Assembly (NCBI GenBank): GCA_964541525.1
Contig: CAZIQF010000001.1
Span: 90,553-154,552 of the forward strand
DNA from: an uncultured Staphylococcaceae bacterium
Lineage (GTDB): Bacteria > Bacillota_I > Bacilli_A > ML615J-28 > CAG-313
Reading direction: 5' to 3'
Length of the DNA: 64,000 bases
The notes beneath the pieces were generated by a model, which had not been told where the DNA came from, ran no database searches, and saw nothing but the letters and a program-made list of their open reading frames with translations. The position numbers were made by a program, and so were the translations under genes. Below are positions 30,113-40,698 of the stretch, piece by piece (the first letter of the stretch is position 1; the number at the start of each line of letters is the position of its first letter).

Positions 30113-31345
30113 TTAATTTTTAAAAGCCCATGTTCCATTAACAAAAATTGGTACATCTGTTCCATTTTTAAGATGAGCAGTGATTTTTAAGTCTTCAGAA
30201 CCAATCATAAAATCAACATGAATCATTGAATTATTAATTCCCATTTGATCAAAATCTTGTTGTGAATATTTTTCATAATCTTTAACACAATCACTAAATC
30301 CACGCCCTAAAGCTAAATGACAAACGGCATTTTCATCAAATAAAGTATTATAGAACAAAATTCCTGTTTGATTAACTGGCGATTCAAATGGAACTAATGC
30401 ACATTCACCTAAATATGAAGCACCTTCATCCATTGATAACATTTGTTTTAGTAATTCTTCACCTTTTTCAGCATGATATGATTCTACTTTTCCATTTTTA
30501 AAAGTGAAAGAAAAGTTTTCAATCAAATCACCATTATAACTAAGTGGTTTAGTTGCAACAACATGTCCTTCAGCACGACCTTTAATTGGCGTAATAAAAC
30601 ATTCTTCAGTTGGCATATTCGGATTATAATAAATTCCTCTTAATGATGTTTCACCACCACCTAACCATTGACATTGATCTAACATCCAGACTTTAAAATC
30701 AGTACCATTATTTGAGTGATATTCTAAATAATCGATATCTAAACTATTTAAATAATTACAACGATTTAGTAAATCTTGATTATGTAATTCCCAAGCCTTA
30801 ATTGGATCATCCGTAACACGTGCAGTTTTTAAGATTGCATCCCATAAAGCTTCAACTGCTTGTTTCTTTGATAAATTAGGGAAAACTTTTTTAGCCCATT
30901 CCACGCTTGGAACAGCCACTATTGTCCATTGATAATGATTATTCATTTGTTCAATAAATGGTTTCATAATCGGGTACATAATCATATTAGCTTTACTTAG
31001 TTTAGCCTGATCTAATCCTTTTAATGCATCAGGTGCACTACTCATAATATGAATAATTACCGGATTAGTTTTTACTTGGTGTTTCATTTTTTCAATTCTC
31101 CAAGTTGGAAGTTCAGCTAGTTTTTCAACTGTTTCATATTTTACTTTGGTTTTTTTAATCGAAGCAGGAAGATTCCAATCTACAGTAACTTCTGATGCTT
31201 TAAGCTTATAACATTCAGTAACTACATAAGATACAAATTCAACTTGATCTACTTCCGCTCTAATAATAACTTCTTGACCTGGTTGAACATTAGCTCCAAC
31301 TTTGGCTACTAAGTGTGCATATTTTTGAAGATTTGATTTTTTCAT
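30113..31345 (-). CDS. M29-family aminopeptidase (AmpS/PepS-like)
   Basis: N-terminus 'YAHLVAKVGANVQPGQEV', typical of the family. 410 aa. Confidence 0.8.
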   Translation of the reverse strand: MKKSNLQKYAHLVAKVGANVQPGQEVIIRAEVDQVEFVSYVVTECYKLKASEVTVDWNLPASIKKTKVKYETVEKLAELPTWRIEKMKHQVKTNPVIIHIMSSAPDALKGLDQAKLSKANMIMYPIMKPFIEQMNNHYQWTIVAVPSVEWAKKVFPNLSKKQAVEALWDAILKTARVTDDPIKAWELHNQDLLNRCNYLNSLDIDYLEYHSNNGTDFKVWMLDQCQWLGGGETSLRGIYYNPNMPTEECFITPIKGRAEGHVVATKPLSYNGDLIENFSFTFKNGKVESYHAEKGEELLKQMLSMDEGASYLGECALVPFESPVNQTGILFYNTLFDENAVCHLALGRGFSDCVKDYEKYSQQDFDQMGINNSMIHVDFMIGSEDLKITAHLKNGTDVPIFVNGTWAFKN

Positions 31346-31359
31346 TTTTACTTTCCTTT

Positions 31360-32085
31360 CTAATAAAGACTCTTAATTCGTCTTTGATATTTATCATATA
31401 GTTTTTGGTTATATTCATCACCACCTGGTGTATTCGCACTATGATATACCGGTGGTATTAGGTTATTTTCTTCATACAATTTTATTATTTCTAAGACTAA
31501 ACTTTGAGCAATATAGGCTCCAGCAATTGATGATACTGCTCCAACTAAAGCATATGGTTTTTCAATTACTCCATCACCATATGGTGTATGATTATCAATT
31601 ACAACATCGGCTAGTTCATATAAGTGTTGATTAAGAGTGTTTCTAGGAGTTAATTTTTCACTTGTTTTTTTACTTGTTACTACAATTAATGGATGACCAT
31701 GCTTTCTTACCAGATTAGCCATTTCAACTGGAACAGCATTAATCCCTGAATTAGAAACAATAATAAATGGTTCATTTGGTTTTCGATCAATACTATTAAA
31801 AATCGTTTCAGCAAGTCCAGTCAATCGTTCTAATTTAGTACTTCTAATTGCTCCTTCATGTTGCATTAGACATGGTTCCAAAATAGGATTAACATTAACT
31901 AATCCTCCTGCACGATAAAATAGTTCTTCAGCAAACATATGAGAGTGACCTGTTGCAAAAACATGTACAACACCATCAACTTTAATTGCATTAAAAATCA
32001 TCTTTGCTGCCACTTTGATTTTTTCTTGTTCCTCAATCGTAATATCATCAATGATAGTTTTTACTTTTTTATTAAATTGATTCAT
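31360..32085 (-). CDS. SIS-domain protein (UPF0309-like)
   Basis: 'HVFATGHSHMFAEE', 'IVSNSGINAVPVE'. Confidence 0.6.
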   Translation of the reverse strand: MNQFNKKVKTIIDDITIEEQEKIKVAAKMIFNAIKVDGVVHVFATGHSHMFAEELFYRAGGLVNVNPILEPCLMQHEGAIRSTKLERLTGLAETIFNSIDRKPNEPFIIVSNSGINAVPVEMANLVRKHGHPLIVVTSKKTSEKLTPRNTLNQHLYELADVVIDNHTPYGDGVIEKPYALVGAVSSIAGAYIAQSLVLEIIKLYEENNLIPPVYHSANTPGGDEYNQKLYDKYQRRIKSLY

Positions 32086-32213
32086 ATTCTTTAGTCCTTT
32101 TCTTTTATTGATAAAATTTTATCATTTATTAATCACTTTTTCAATTAAAATAACTATTTATTTAATAAAAATATACTCCATAATTTTTATAGAGTATATC
32201 TTAATTAATTTAT

Positions 32214-33536
32214 TTATTCTTTCTTAATTTCACCTGCTTTAGTTAAAGCAATCTTTGTAATAACTGGTCCAATTAATTCATAAACTAAAGTTGCGCATAA
32301 AACAACAGCCGTAATTGTTCCAGCAAGACCATATAAATAATTCGCACCAGTAAATAAATGATTTTCTTCTAAAGCTGCATCAGCGATTGCTCTAAAAGTA
32401 TTTGAAGCACTACGAGCCATACCGATTGCAACACCAGCTTGTGGCAATAAAGTTAAACCTAAATATTTAGTAACATTTTTATCTTTCTTTTCTAGCGAAC
32501 AGCCAAAGCGAGCACCAAAGTATTTACCAAGTGATCTGGCAATTAAATAAACAACGCATAAGGCAACAACTGGTAATGTGATAACACTAAAATCTAGTTC
32601 CGCACCTGATAGAATAAAGAATAGCATAAATAATGCTGGAGTCCAACGATCAATTCCATCAAGAATCACAATTGCATCTTTTCTCAAATTACAGAAAACT
32701 GCTCCTAACATCATACAAGTAAGTAACGATGATAATTCTAAATCAAACCACGTTCCAAATAGGTCACATAGTGCCACAGCTAAAAAGACTGCAGCAAGCA
32801 TGCACATTAAACGATTTGCCCGTGATTTAAACGCATTCATCGCATAAGTTAAAATTAAACCAATAATACCACCAATTAATAGGGATAAAACTATTTCTAA
32901 TAGTGGAAATACTAAGATATCAACAACACTAATATTACCACCACCTAGTCCTGCTTGCTGTTTAGCAAAAACTTGAGCAATCGAAAATGAGATTGAGAAT
33001 AAAATTAAACCTACTGCATCATCAAATGCAACAACTGGTAATAATGTATCAGTAACTGGTCCTTTAGCTTTATATTGTTTAATGACCATTAATGTTGCTG
33101 CTGGAGCTGTAGCAGTTGCAACCGCACCTAAAGTCAAGATTAATGGCAATTGTTCAGCTAAATTATTTGTACATAAGCACACAATAATTAACGCAATATC
33201 AACAAATGCTAATGCTGCAAATGCTTGTAACATTGTGATGGTAACAATACCTTTACCAACTTTCTTGATACTACTTAACTTAAATTCGCTTCCGATGGAA
33301 AAAGCGATAAAACCTAATGCTAAATCAACAATGATACCAAAAGCCGATACCATATCTTTTGATAATACACCAGTTAAATCATCATTAAATAAACTGAAAA
33401 GATAAGGGCCAAGTAAAATTCCCACAATTAAATAACCAGTTACATTGGGTAATTTTACTAATTTGATTAGTCGATTAGAAATTAATCCGGCAATTAAAGC
33501 AATACTAATTCCTAATAAAATGCTTCCAGTATCCAT
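32214..33536 (-). CDS. cation:proton antiporter (CPA family)
   Basis: 440 aa with ~12 TM segments and an Na+/H+-exchanger-like N-terminus. Confidence 0.7.
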   Translation of the reverse strand: MDTGSILLGISIALIAGLISNRLIKLVKLPNVTGYLIVGILLGPYLFSLFNDDLTGVLSKDMVSAFGIIVDLALGFIAFSIGSEFKLSSIKKVGKGIVTITMLQAFAALAFVDIALIIVCLCTNNLAEQLPLILTLGAVATATAPAATLMVIKQYKAKGPVTDTLLPVVAFDDAVGLILFSISFSIAQVFAKQQAGLGGGNISVVDILVFPLLEIVLSLLIGGIIGLILTYAMNAFKSRANRLMCMLAAVFLAVALCDLFGTWFDLELSSLLTCMMLGAVFCNLRKDAIVILDGIDRWTPALFMLFFILSGAELDFSVITLPVVALCVVYLIARSLGKYFGARFGCSLEKKDKNVTKYLGLTLLPQAGVAIGMARSASNTFRAIADAALEENHLFTGANYLYGLAGTITAVVLCATLVYELIGPVITKIALTKAGEIKKE

Positions 33537-33877
33537 TATTCATCAAGTCCTTCCAAGAAGGCAATCGGAAGTGAATACATGAAACCTTTTTCTTTAATTC
33601 CAGATAATGCTTGATTAGTAATTTTAGCTAATTCTTTTACTTCTTCATCTTTTTTTACTACTACTAAAATCATTGGTCTAGATATTTCTACATCTTGATC
33701 AATCATTCGATTAATTCCGCCAAAATATGGTTCTGGTTCAATAGAATCCATTAATGCGTGATGAATACTCTTAGTTGATAAGACAGTCCCACGATAATTA
33801 TTAACAGAATAAGTTTTTAACAAAGGAAGTACATATTGGTCCTCTGTTAATACAACAATAAATAATTGCATAAGCAA
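33536..33877 (-). CDS. small cytoplasmic protein co-transcribed with antiporter (P-II-like/DUF190 candidate)
   Basis: ~110 aa. Stop overlaps the antiporter start. Confidence 0.35.
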   Translation of the reverse strand: MLMQLFIVVLTEDQYVLPLLKTYSVNNYRGTVLSTKSIHHALMDSIEPEPYFGGINRMIDQDVEISRPMILVVVKKDEEVKELAKITNQALSGIKEKGFMYSLPIAFLEGLDE

Positions 33878-34006
33878 ATCCTCCTTAAATTCTACAATAT
33901 TATACCACTTTAAAAGTAGCTTAAGTTAAATAATGCAATTTTAAAATCAGTTAGTTCAAAATAAAACTGACATAAATATCTTTTATTTATGTCAGTATTT
34001 TAATTA

Positions 34007-35275
34007 TTATTTTTCCTGATTGGATGATGCTTTTTTAAAGATTGCTTCCGTTGCAAAATGAAGTTTCGTTAATACATTCGGATTATTCAATGGAAAAACA
34101 AAATAAGTATCTTCCATTGTCGCAATATCTATTGCATCTCCACGTCCCTTATAATTATATTCAATATGAAGTGATGCAGTTGATACCGCTGGTTTGAATA
34201 AACTAAATTCAGAACCATCATCTAATGTTCCTTCCAATCTGATTCCTTCTAATGACTGTTTCATTTTTACAACACCAATTCGAACAAATCCTTTTTTCGA
34301 ATTAACCAATCGTTCAATTCTGACATCATCTTCAAAATAGTAAGTTCCTTCATCAACTGCATGATTGACAACTGATCTTTGCCACAAATACCATGAAGGA
34401 ATATGTGATAAGTTTTCATCCCATTTTTGATCTTCGTTTAGTAAATGTAGACGAGAATATTCGTCCATATCCCATTTTGCATGACAATCTAAACATTCTA
34501 AGTAGTGATCATAACTAGTCATTTTTTGTTCAGTTCCACAACATGGACATTTATATAAAATTTTATGAAGATTTGTTGCACGATCATGATCAGTTATCTT
34601 GATCTTATTATCATATTGCCACTTGTAATCATCATAGATAAAAGCTTTTTCAATCCGTTCTTGGATTTCATCTGCTGATATACTTAATACTTCTTCTTTT
34701 GTTACAACTTGTATAAAGTCTGCTTCACATCTGAATCCTTTACGATAAGGATGTTTATTCCACTGCGGAGAACGAATAAATGTTCCTTTTTGATTAATCA
34801 CCACTACTGGTACTTTACATAATTTTGCAAACTTACCTAGAGCTTTACCAATATCTTCATTAATCCCCGCAAGCGTAAATCTAGCTTCCGGATAAATTAC
34901 AACATTACATTTTAATTTGTGTAAAGCATTGTAGCAATTTCTGATTAACACTGTATCTTTAGTAAATTTGCGTTTAGGAATACAGCCGATATGACGCATT
35001 AGCCATTCGCGGCCGTTAAACTCTTCAATTGATGTTACCCAACAATTTTTTTGTGGTTTATTGGCTTTGATTAGATTTGCAAAATCAACAAAAGATGCAT
35101 GATTTGCAAGTACTAAATACGGTGGTTTTAAGCCTTGACAATTAATTTTATTTATTTTTGTTCTAGTTCCAAATATTCCTGAAAACCACCAAGCACCAAT
35201 CCATTCAATTGGCAATAGATACCAACTTGGTTTTTGGATTTTTTTATGTAATTCAAATTCTTTTTCTTCTTTCAT
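34007..35275 (-). CDS. PlsC-like acyltransferase with C-terminal zinc-ribbon domain
   Basis: HX4D motif 'NHASFVD'. 'CPCCG...CLDC' zinc ribbon. Confidence 0.55.
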   Translation of the reverse strand: MKEEKEFELHKKIQKPSWYLLPIEWIGAWWFSGIFGTRTKINKINCQGLKPPYLVLANHASFVDFANLIKANKPQKNCWVTSIEEFNGREWLMRHIGCIPKRKFTKDTVLIRNCYNALHKLKCNVVIYPEARFTLAGINEDIGKALGKFAKLCKVPVVVINQKGTFIRSPQWNKHPYRKGFRCEADFIQVVTKEEVLSISADEIQERIEKAFIYDDYKWQYDNKIKITDHDRATNLHKILYKCPCCGTEQKMTSYDHYLECLDCHAKWDMDEYSRLHLLNEDQKWDENLSHIPSWYLWQRSVVNHAVDEGTYYFEDDVRIERLVNSKKGFVRIGVVKMKQSLEGIRLEGTLDDGSEFSLFKPAVSTASLHIEYNYKGRGDAIDIATMEDTYFVFPLNNPNVLTKLHFATEAIFKKASSNQEK

Positions 35276-35432
35276 CTCTTTAATTCCTTTTGATATTATT
35301 ATACCAAAAAAATCAAAAAAATAAAGTAATTTTACTTATATCGACAATTTTTTTAAAATATTCCTTAACTAATCAAATTTTTGACTCTATAATTGTTATA
35401 GATAAAATAACTATATGATTTTTATATAGACT

Positions 35433-36107
35433 TTATTTTATATTCTCGTTTGCCATTTTTGCATAAATTTCTTCAGGTATCATTGGTGTTTTTAATTTTT
35501 CCATTGTCGATGATGAAATCATTCCATCCTTAATATATTCATATCCAGCTTTTTTTACTATTTCTAAGAATGGCATTGCTGGTGGAATATTAAAAAGTGG
35601 ACTCTCTGTTACTGTGATCATTGTATGATTATTGGGAAAACATAATTCAAATTGTTTTATTACTGCTTCAAAATTATTTTTTGAACTTGGAAAGCCGCAA
35701 CCACTAATCATGACATATTTAAGATGAGACTAATCACTTCTTCCAACATGATAATACTGATCATTTTCCTTAACCATTGTCATTTTCGATAGTGGCATAG
35801 TTCGATCTAATACTGCTTTTAGTATAGCAGGCATTCCATAACAATATAACGGAAAACTAAAAATTATGATATCACTTAATAAAATTTCTTCAAGAATTTC
35901 TTTCATATCATCATCTTAGATACACTCACCATTGTTGATCTTACAAGCAAAGTACCCTTTACAATAATTGATTTTTTTCTCATTAACATTGATAATTGTT
36001 TCTTCTATTGTAGTTGCTGTTTTCATTCCTTCTAAAAAGGCTTTAGTCAAGTGCAAAGTATCACTCTTATTTCCTTTAGGACTACCATTAAAAATTAATA
36101 CTTTCAT
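35433..36107 (-). pseudogene. flavodoxin-like NAD(P)H-dependent FMN reductase gene interrupted by two in-frame stop codons
   Basis: ORFs 35916..36152 ('MKVLIFNGSPKGNKSD...') and 35433..35711 are in the same frame. The segment between them translates as 'DDDMKEILEEILLSDIIIFSFPLYCYGMPAILKAVLDRT...'. The sequence shows an in-frame TAA at 35916..35918 and an in-frame TAG at 35731..35733. There are no frameshifts. Confidence 0.55.
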
Positions 36108-36248
36108 ATTTTTTCTCCTAATTAGTCTTTTTAATAATGTATTTAAACGCAACTTAAATCTACTATTTTTTTCGTATTTTGAAATGCCAAAAATCCTTTC
36201 TAAACTATCACCTGATTTAGTAAATAATATTAATTATTTAGATTAATC

Positions 36249-37094
36249 TTATGTTTGTTTTATCTTAGTAATTTCACTAAATTCAGTTAGATTTAAAATA
36301 TCAATAATATTTTCATTTGCATTAATAATCGATAGTGGCTTATTATTACATTTCTTTTTTAGTTTTAGAATTACTCTTAATCCAGCACTAGAAATGTAAT
36401 TCAACGCTTTGGCGTTAATAATGATACCATTATCTAAAATCTTTGCATTTGTAGCATGGTTTTCAAATTCATTAGCATTGTTTATATCAATACTTCCGAC
36501 TAAATTGATATAGGTAGTATTATTTTCATATGTGATATAGATTATATTTTTAGATTCCTTTTTTGCAAATACAGTTTCTACTTCTTGCTTAAGTTCTTGA
36601 TACATCTTTAAGTGGCTGAAACGACTAAACACTTGGATATACTCGTTGTATAACCATTCTTGTTTTTCTTTTCCGCGTTTAAACATACTCCAAATACTAT
36701 CTCCATCTCGGTTCATTGATTCATGAATATCAATGATGTTTGACAATTTATCGGCTAAGACTAACATTGCACAAGCATCATCACAATTTTCAAGAGCTTT
36801 TAATGTAGCATTTTTGCGTTCTTCCCAGGATAATGATTTATCTTCTGTATCAAACATTACTAAGCGATAAACTTCTTCACCAAATTCTTGTTTAATGGTT
36901 TCCGGTGTTACATTAGCATCTTCGATAGTGTCATGCAAAAAACCAGCTGCTACTAGTTCATCACTAGCTCCATTTTCAAGTAATTTTAAGCCGACTGATA
37001 CTGGATGCAAAATATAGGGAAGACCACCCTTTCTTACATCTTTTTGATGAGCAATACCAGCGAATTTTAAAGCTTTTATTTTTAAATCATTCAT
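36249..37094 (-). CDS. HD-domain (p)ppGpp-hydrolase-like (Rel/SpoT hydrolase, SAH-type) fused to C-terminal STAS domain
   Basis: 'ILHPVSV', 'AGFLHDTIED', 'VLADKLSNI' (HD hydrolase motifs). C-terminus 'LNYISSAGLRVILKL' (STAS phospho-serine motif). Confidence 0.7.
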   Translation of the reverse strand: MNDLKIKALKFAGIAHQKDVRKGGLPYILHPVSVGLKLLENGASDELVAAGFLHDTIEDANVTPETIKQEFGEEVYRLVMFDTEDKSLSWEERKNATLKALENCDDACAMLVLADKLSNIIDIHESMNRDGDSIWSMFKRGKEKQEWLYNEYIQVFSRFSHLKMYQELKQEVETVFAKKESKNIIYITYENNTTYINLVGSIDINNANEFENHATNAKILDNGIIINAKALNYISSAGLRVILKLKKKCNNKPLSIINANENIIDILNLTEFSEITKIKQT

Positions 37095-37097
37095 AAC

Positions 37098-38273
37098 TTA
37101 AAATGATAATTTATCAACCTTTGCAAGATTGTTTTCTAATAATTTAGTGTAGTATTCAATAAATTGTTTACCTTCTAAAGTATCTTCAGTATGATATACA
37201 TACACACGACGAAGAATTCGTACTGCTGATAAGATTTCAACTTTTCTTACTGCATCTTCAATTAATTCTTGATTATTATCAAAATAATCATTTAAGAATA
37301 AATGCCACATTTTAACAGTTGTATCATAAGATAAGCCATAAAAATCTAATGCATTTTGATGATTAAACATTGAATAACCGACAAAACTACAATAAACACT
37401 AACCAAATCGAAAATTGGATGACCAACTGATACTGTATCCATATCAATTAAAATTGGTTCATTATCACCAAACATAACATTATTTGTATGATAATCACCA
37501 TGGATTAATATTGGTAAAACTGGAATTTCTGTGATTAATTGTTCTAGTTTATCCCATAGATGATCACTAATTTTGCCTTTAATCACATTTAACCAACCAA
37601 TGCCCACTTTTTTGATTGATGGGAATTCATCTAAAGTAGCCTTTGTTTCATGGATTTTTTCTAAGAAATTAGAAAAAATATGCATATAATATTCTAATTT
37701 TTCTGGTTCTGCGATAATGCATTTAGTAATTGATTTAGCATTTAGTAATTCAACAACAGTTGCATAATATTCTCCCACTTTAACAATATCATAGGGAATA
37801 GCTGAGTTAATTCCTTTCATTAAGACTTTTCTACAAAGTTCACGTTCATTTTTAATCTCTTCAAGTGGCGAATGATTATAGAATACTTTAACAATTGTTT
37901 CAGCATCGTAACGATAAATTCTCCCCTTAGCTCCTTGTGCAATAACTTCACAACCATCTAAACTTAATTTTCTAAATGCTTTTTCAACTGTTAATAATTC
38001 AACAAACCCTGTCATATCAAAAATATTATAGATTTCATTAGAAACATTAATCACCTTTAATTCATCGACTGTCTTGCGTAATCTTAATAAAATTCGAAGA
38101 CCAGCACTTGAAATATATTCTAAAGCTTCAGCATCGATAATAAAAGCTTGTTCTAATGAATCATTAATAAGCTTTTTAATCTTTTCTTCGGCTTCATTAG
38201 CATTAGAAGCATCAATTCTTCCAATTAGTTCAATTACTAATAAATCATTTTCAATTCTACTTTTAATTTCCAT
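37098..38273 (-). CDS. N-terminal STAS domain fused to APH/choline-kinase-fold phosphotransferase
   Basis: 'LEYISSAGLRILLRL' STAS motif. 'IHGDYHTNNVMF' and 'LIDMDTV' kinase motifs. Confidence 0.7.
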   Translation of the reverse strand: MEIKSRIENDLLVIELIGRIDASNANEAEEKIKKLINDSLEQAFIIDAEALEYISSAGLRILLRLRKTVDELKVINVSNEIYNIFDMTGFVELLTVEKAFRKLSLDGCEVIAQGAKGRIYRYDAETIVKVFYNHSPLEEIKNERELCRKVLMKGINSAIPYDIVKVGEYYATVVELLNAKSITKCIIAEPEKLEYYMHIFSNFLEKIHETKATLDEFPSIKKVGIGWLNVIKGKISDHLWDKLEQLITEIPVLPILIHGDYHTNNVMFGDNEPILIDMDTVSVGHPIFDLVSVYCSFVGYSMFNHQNALDFYGLSYDTTVKMWHLFLNDYFDNNQELIEDAVRKVEILSAVRILRRVYVYHTEDTLEGKQFIEYYTKLLENNLAKVDKLSF

Positions 38274-38288
38274 ATTCTAAGCTCCTTT

Positions 38289-39941
38289 TTATTTTCGCTT
38301 GATTGCAAGCATTGTAATATCATCAAATTGTGGTGTTTCATTACAAAACTCTTCAATTGATTTTTTCATATTTTTAATTAAATCAGTTGTAGAAAGATTT
38401 GAATCTTTGTTTACTACAGCTAATATTCCTTCAATTCCAAATTGAATATTTTGATTATTGATTGCTTCAGTTACACCATCTGTATAAATCAATAAAGTTT
38501 CTCCTTTTTCTAATACAAATTCATAATTTTTATATTTCATATTTGGGAAGCATCCAATTGCTAATCCATGTTTAGTTTGATAGACTTTTGCAGTTCCATC
38601 ATTTGCTTTAATTACTGGATCTTCATGTCCCGCATTCGCACAAATAACCTTACCCGTTGATAATTCTATGATGGCAAACCAAACCGTAACAAACATATCT
38701 TCTTGGTTGTTACTTGAAATCTTATTATTTAGTGCTTCTAAAATTTTAGCCGGATCATTGATTAACGTTGCAAGATTACTTGTTAAGATTTTAGTAACCA
38801 TCATAAATAATGCGGCTGGAACCCCTTTACCTGATACATCACCAATAGTTAAAGCTAAATGATCATCATCAAGCAAGTAAAAATCGAAGTAATCGCCACC
38901 TACTTCTTTAGCAGGATGCATTAAACCAAATAAGTCAATATCTTCTCGTTCGGGAAATGGCGGAAAGACACTTGGAATCATTGTCATTTGGATTTTTGTT
39001 GCAAGATTTAATTCAGTTGCAATCCTTTCTCGTTCTGCAGTTAATTTTTCTAATAAATTAGTATTATTAACAACATCATTTTCTAAATGTTGTAGTGATC
39101 GCCAGATTGAATTAAGTTCTGTAATGCTACTAACTGATTTAACATTATCTTCAAGAACAATATTACTACTTGCGAAGCGTTTAGATTCCGTAATAATCTT
39201 TTTAACTGGATTAGAGAATTGTTTAATACAATACAAAACGCCAAAAAAGACTAAAATCGCTAGATTAGCAAAGGTTGTTAAGGTATTTTTTCTTAGAAAA
39301 CTTGATAACAAGCTATTTAATTCATTCATTTCTCTTTGAACACAAGTTATTGCAACAACATTTCCATTTGAATCAAAAACCGGCGATAGTGCCGTAATAT
39401 GTGGAGGTTTACCATTTAAATCTTTAGTTCTAGTTACTACTCCGTTTTCAATCTTTTTTTCATATAAATCTTTATAAATACTAATGTATTCATCATTACT
39501 TTCACGATGATATCCTAGTTCCCATGGCGTATAACCATAAGGGTTATCATCAATAACTGTATTGAATACCGAATAGAAATTATCATAGTTTGCTTCTTGA
39601 TCAACAACAATAACATATAGAAGCGTTATTTTTTGTTTTTGGCAAACATGATTTAAATTATCTAATATTTCTAAATATTCACTATCTTGTTTATAATAAT
39701 CAACATCAGCCAAATAATCATCAAGCATATCACCATCAATAAAATCATTAGCAGTATCAGCGGCATTAATTGCATATTCATAATATGTTTTTTTCATCGC
39801 TTCATTAATTTCAACATAACCAATCACACATGCTACTGCATTAGATAAAAGTAAAATAATGACAATAAAGAAAATAAAGCGAAAGTTAATACTATTAATT
39901 AATTTCCTGAACTTTTTCATACTACCTATTCTCGCTTTCAC
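38289..39941 (-). CDS. membrane-anchored sensor PP2C phosphatase (RsbU/SpoIIE-like) with extracytoplasmic domain
   Basis: TM1, ~190-aa periplasmic/extracellular region, TM2, then 'GGDYFDFY', 'IGDVSGKGVPAA', 'YTDGVTEA'. Overlaps the upstream kinase gene by 20 nt. Confidence 0.8.
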   Translation of the reverse strand: MKARIGSMKKFRKLINSINFRFIFFIVIILLLSNAVACVIGYVEINEAMKKTYYEYAINAADTANDFIDGDMLDDYLADVDYYKQDSEYLEILDNLNHVCQKQKITLLYVIVVDQEANYDNFYSVFNTVIDDNPYGYTPWELGYHRESNDEYISIYKDLYEKKIENGVVTRTKDLNGKPPHITALSPVFDSNGNVVAITCVQREMNELNSLLSSFLRKNTLTTFANLAILVFFGVLYCIKQFSNPVKKIITESKRFASSNIVLEDNVKSVSSITELNSIWRSLQHLENDVVNNTNLLEKLTAERERIATELNLATKIQMTMIPSVFPPFPEREDIDLFGLMHPAKEVGGDYFDFYLLDDDHLALTIGDVSGKGVPAALFMMVTKILTSNLATLINDPAKILEALNNKISSNNQEDMFVTVWFAIIELSTGKVICANAGHEDPVIKANDGTAKVYQTKHGLAIGCFPNMKYKNYEFVLEKGETLLIYTDGVTEAINNQNIQFGIEGILAVVNKDSNLSTTDLIKNMKKSIEEFCNETPQFDDITMLAIKRK

Positions 39942-40356
39942 CTAAATATTTGATAATGGTTAATTTGTTTTGTTGATTATCATATTCATATTCAATATTA
40001 TCCATTAAATTTTTTACCATATAAATCCCCAATCCACCGATTTGGCGATCAGCAAGGGGAATATTAAAGTTGGGATCTTCTTTTTCGAGTGGGTTATATT
40101 GGATTCCTTGATCGATAAATATAATTTGAATATAGTGTGGATCAATATTTGTATTAACTTCAATGATGGCATCTCCTCCATCTACAGGATATGCATATTT
40201 AGCAATGTTAACAAAGATTTCTTCTACTGCTTCTTCAATGGCAAATCTTTGTTTAAATGTACAATTTGTATCATCTAAGATATTATCAATAAATGAAATT
40301 ACATCATTGAGATTATCAATTTTAGCGTCTATTTGTAATTTTTTCATGCTAATCAT
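39922..40356 (-). CDS. anti-sigma-factor-type Ser kinase (RsbW/SpoIIAB-like GHKL ATPase)
   Basis: N-box 'EEAVEEIFVNIAKYA'. G-box 'GGLGIYMVKNL'. 144 aa. Confidence 0.8.
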   Translation of the reverse strand: MISMKKLQIDAKIDNLNDVISFIDNILDDTNCTFKQRFAIEEAVEEIFVNIAKYAYPVDGGDAIIEVNTNIDPHYIQIIFIDQGIQYNPLEKEDPNFNIPLADRQIGGLGIYMVKNLMDNIEYEYDNQQNKLTIIKYLGESENR

Positions 40357-40361
40357 CCTTT

Positions 40362-40664
40362 TTATTTTATCTTTACAATATCAATAAAGCCAGTTAAATT
40401 AAATACATCAATTATTTCATCTGATGCATTAACAATCTCAAAATTGATATTTTTTGCTTTAGTTTGCTTAACAAATAACAAAATAACTCTTAATCCAGCA
40501 CTTGAAATATATTGTAAAGAAGAAAAATCAAAGATTAAGGAACTAATCTTTTCATTAAGAATTTCTCCCATTTTCGTTTCAAGTTCAATATATGATTGAG
40601 AATCAAGTCTTCCCAATAATAAAACACGTAAACTATCATTTTCTTTTTTTAATTCAATAATCAT
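40362..40664 (-). CDS. STAS-domain anti-sigma-factor antagonist (RsbV/SpoIIAA-like)
   Basis: 'LQYISSAGLRVILLF'. 100 aa. Confidence 0.8.
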   Translation of the reverse strand: MIIELKKENDSLRVLLLGRLDSQSYIELETKMGEILNEKISSLIFDFSSLQYISSAGLRVILLFVKQTKAKNINFEIVNASDEIIDVFNLTGFIDIVKIK

Positions 40665-40698
40665 ATAATCACCCTTAAAAACAATCTTATATTAAATC

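Noticed and set aside
35433-36152. Possibility that the in-frame TAA/TAG reflect stop-codon reassignment or pyrrolysine
   Set aside because: All other genes in the window terminate normally at TAA/TAG/TGA. Both TAA and TAG occur, which is incompatible with simple amber-only recoding.
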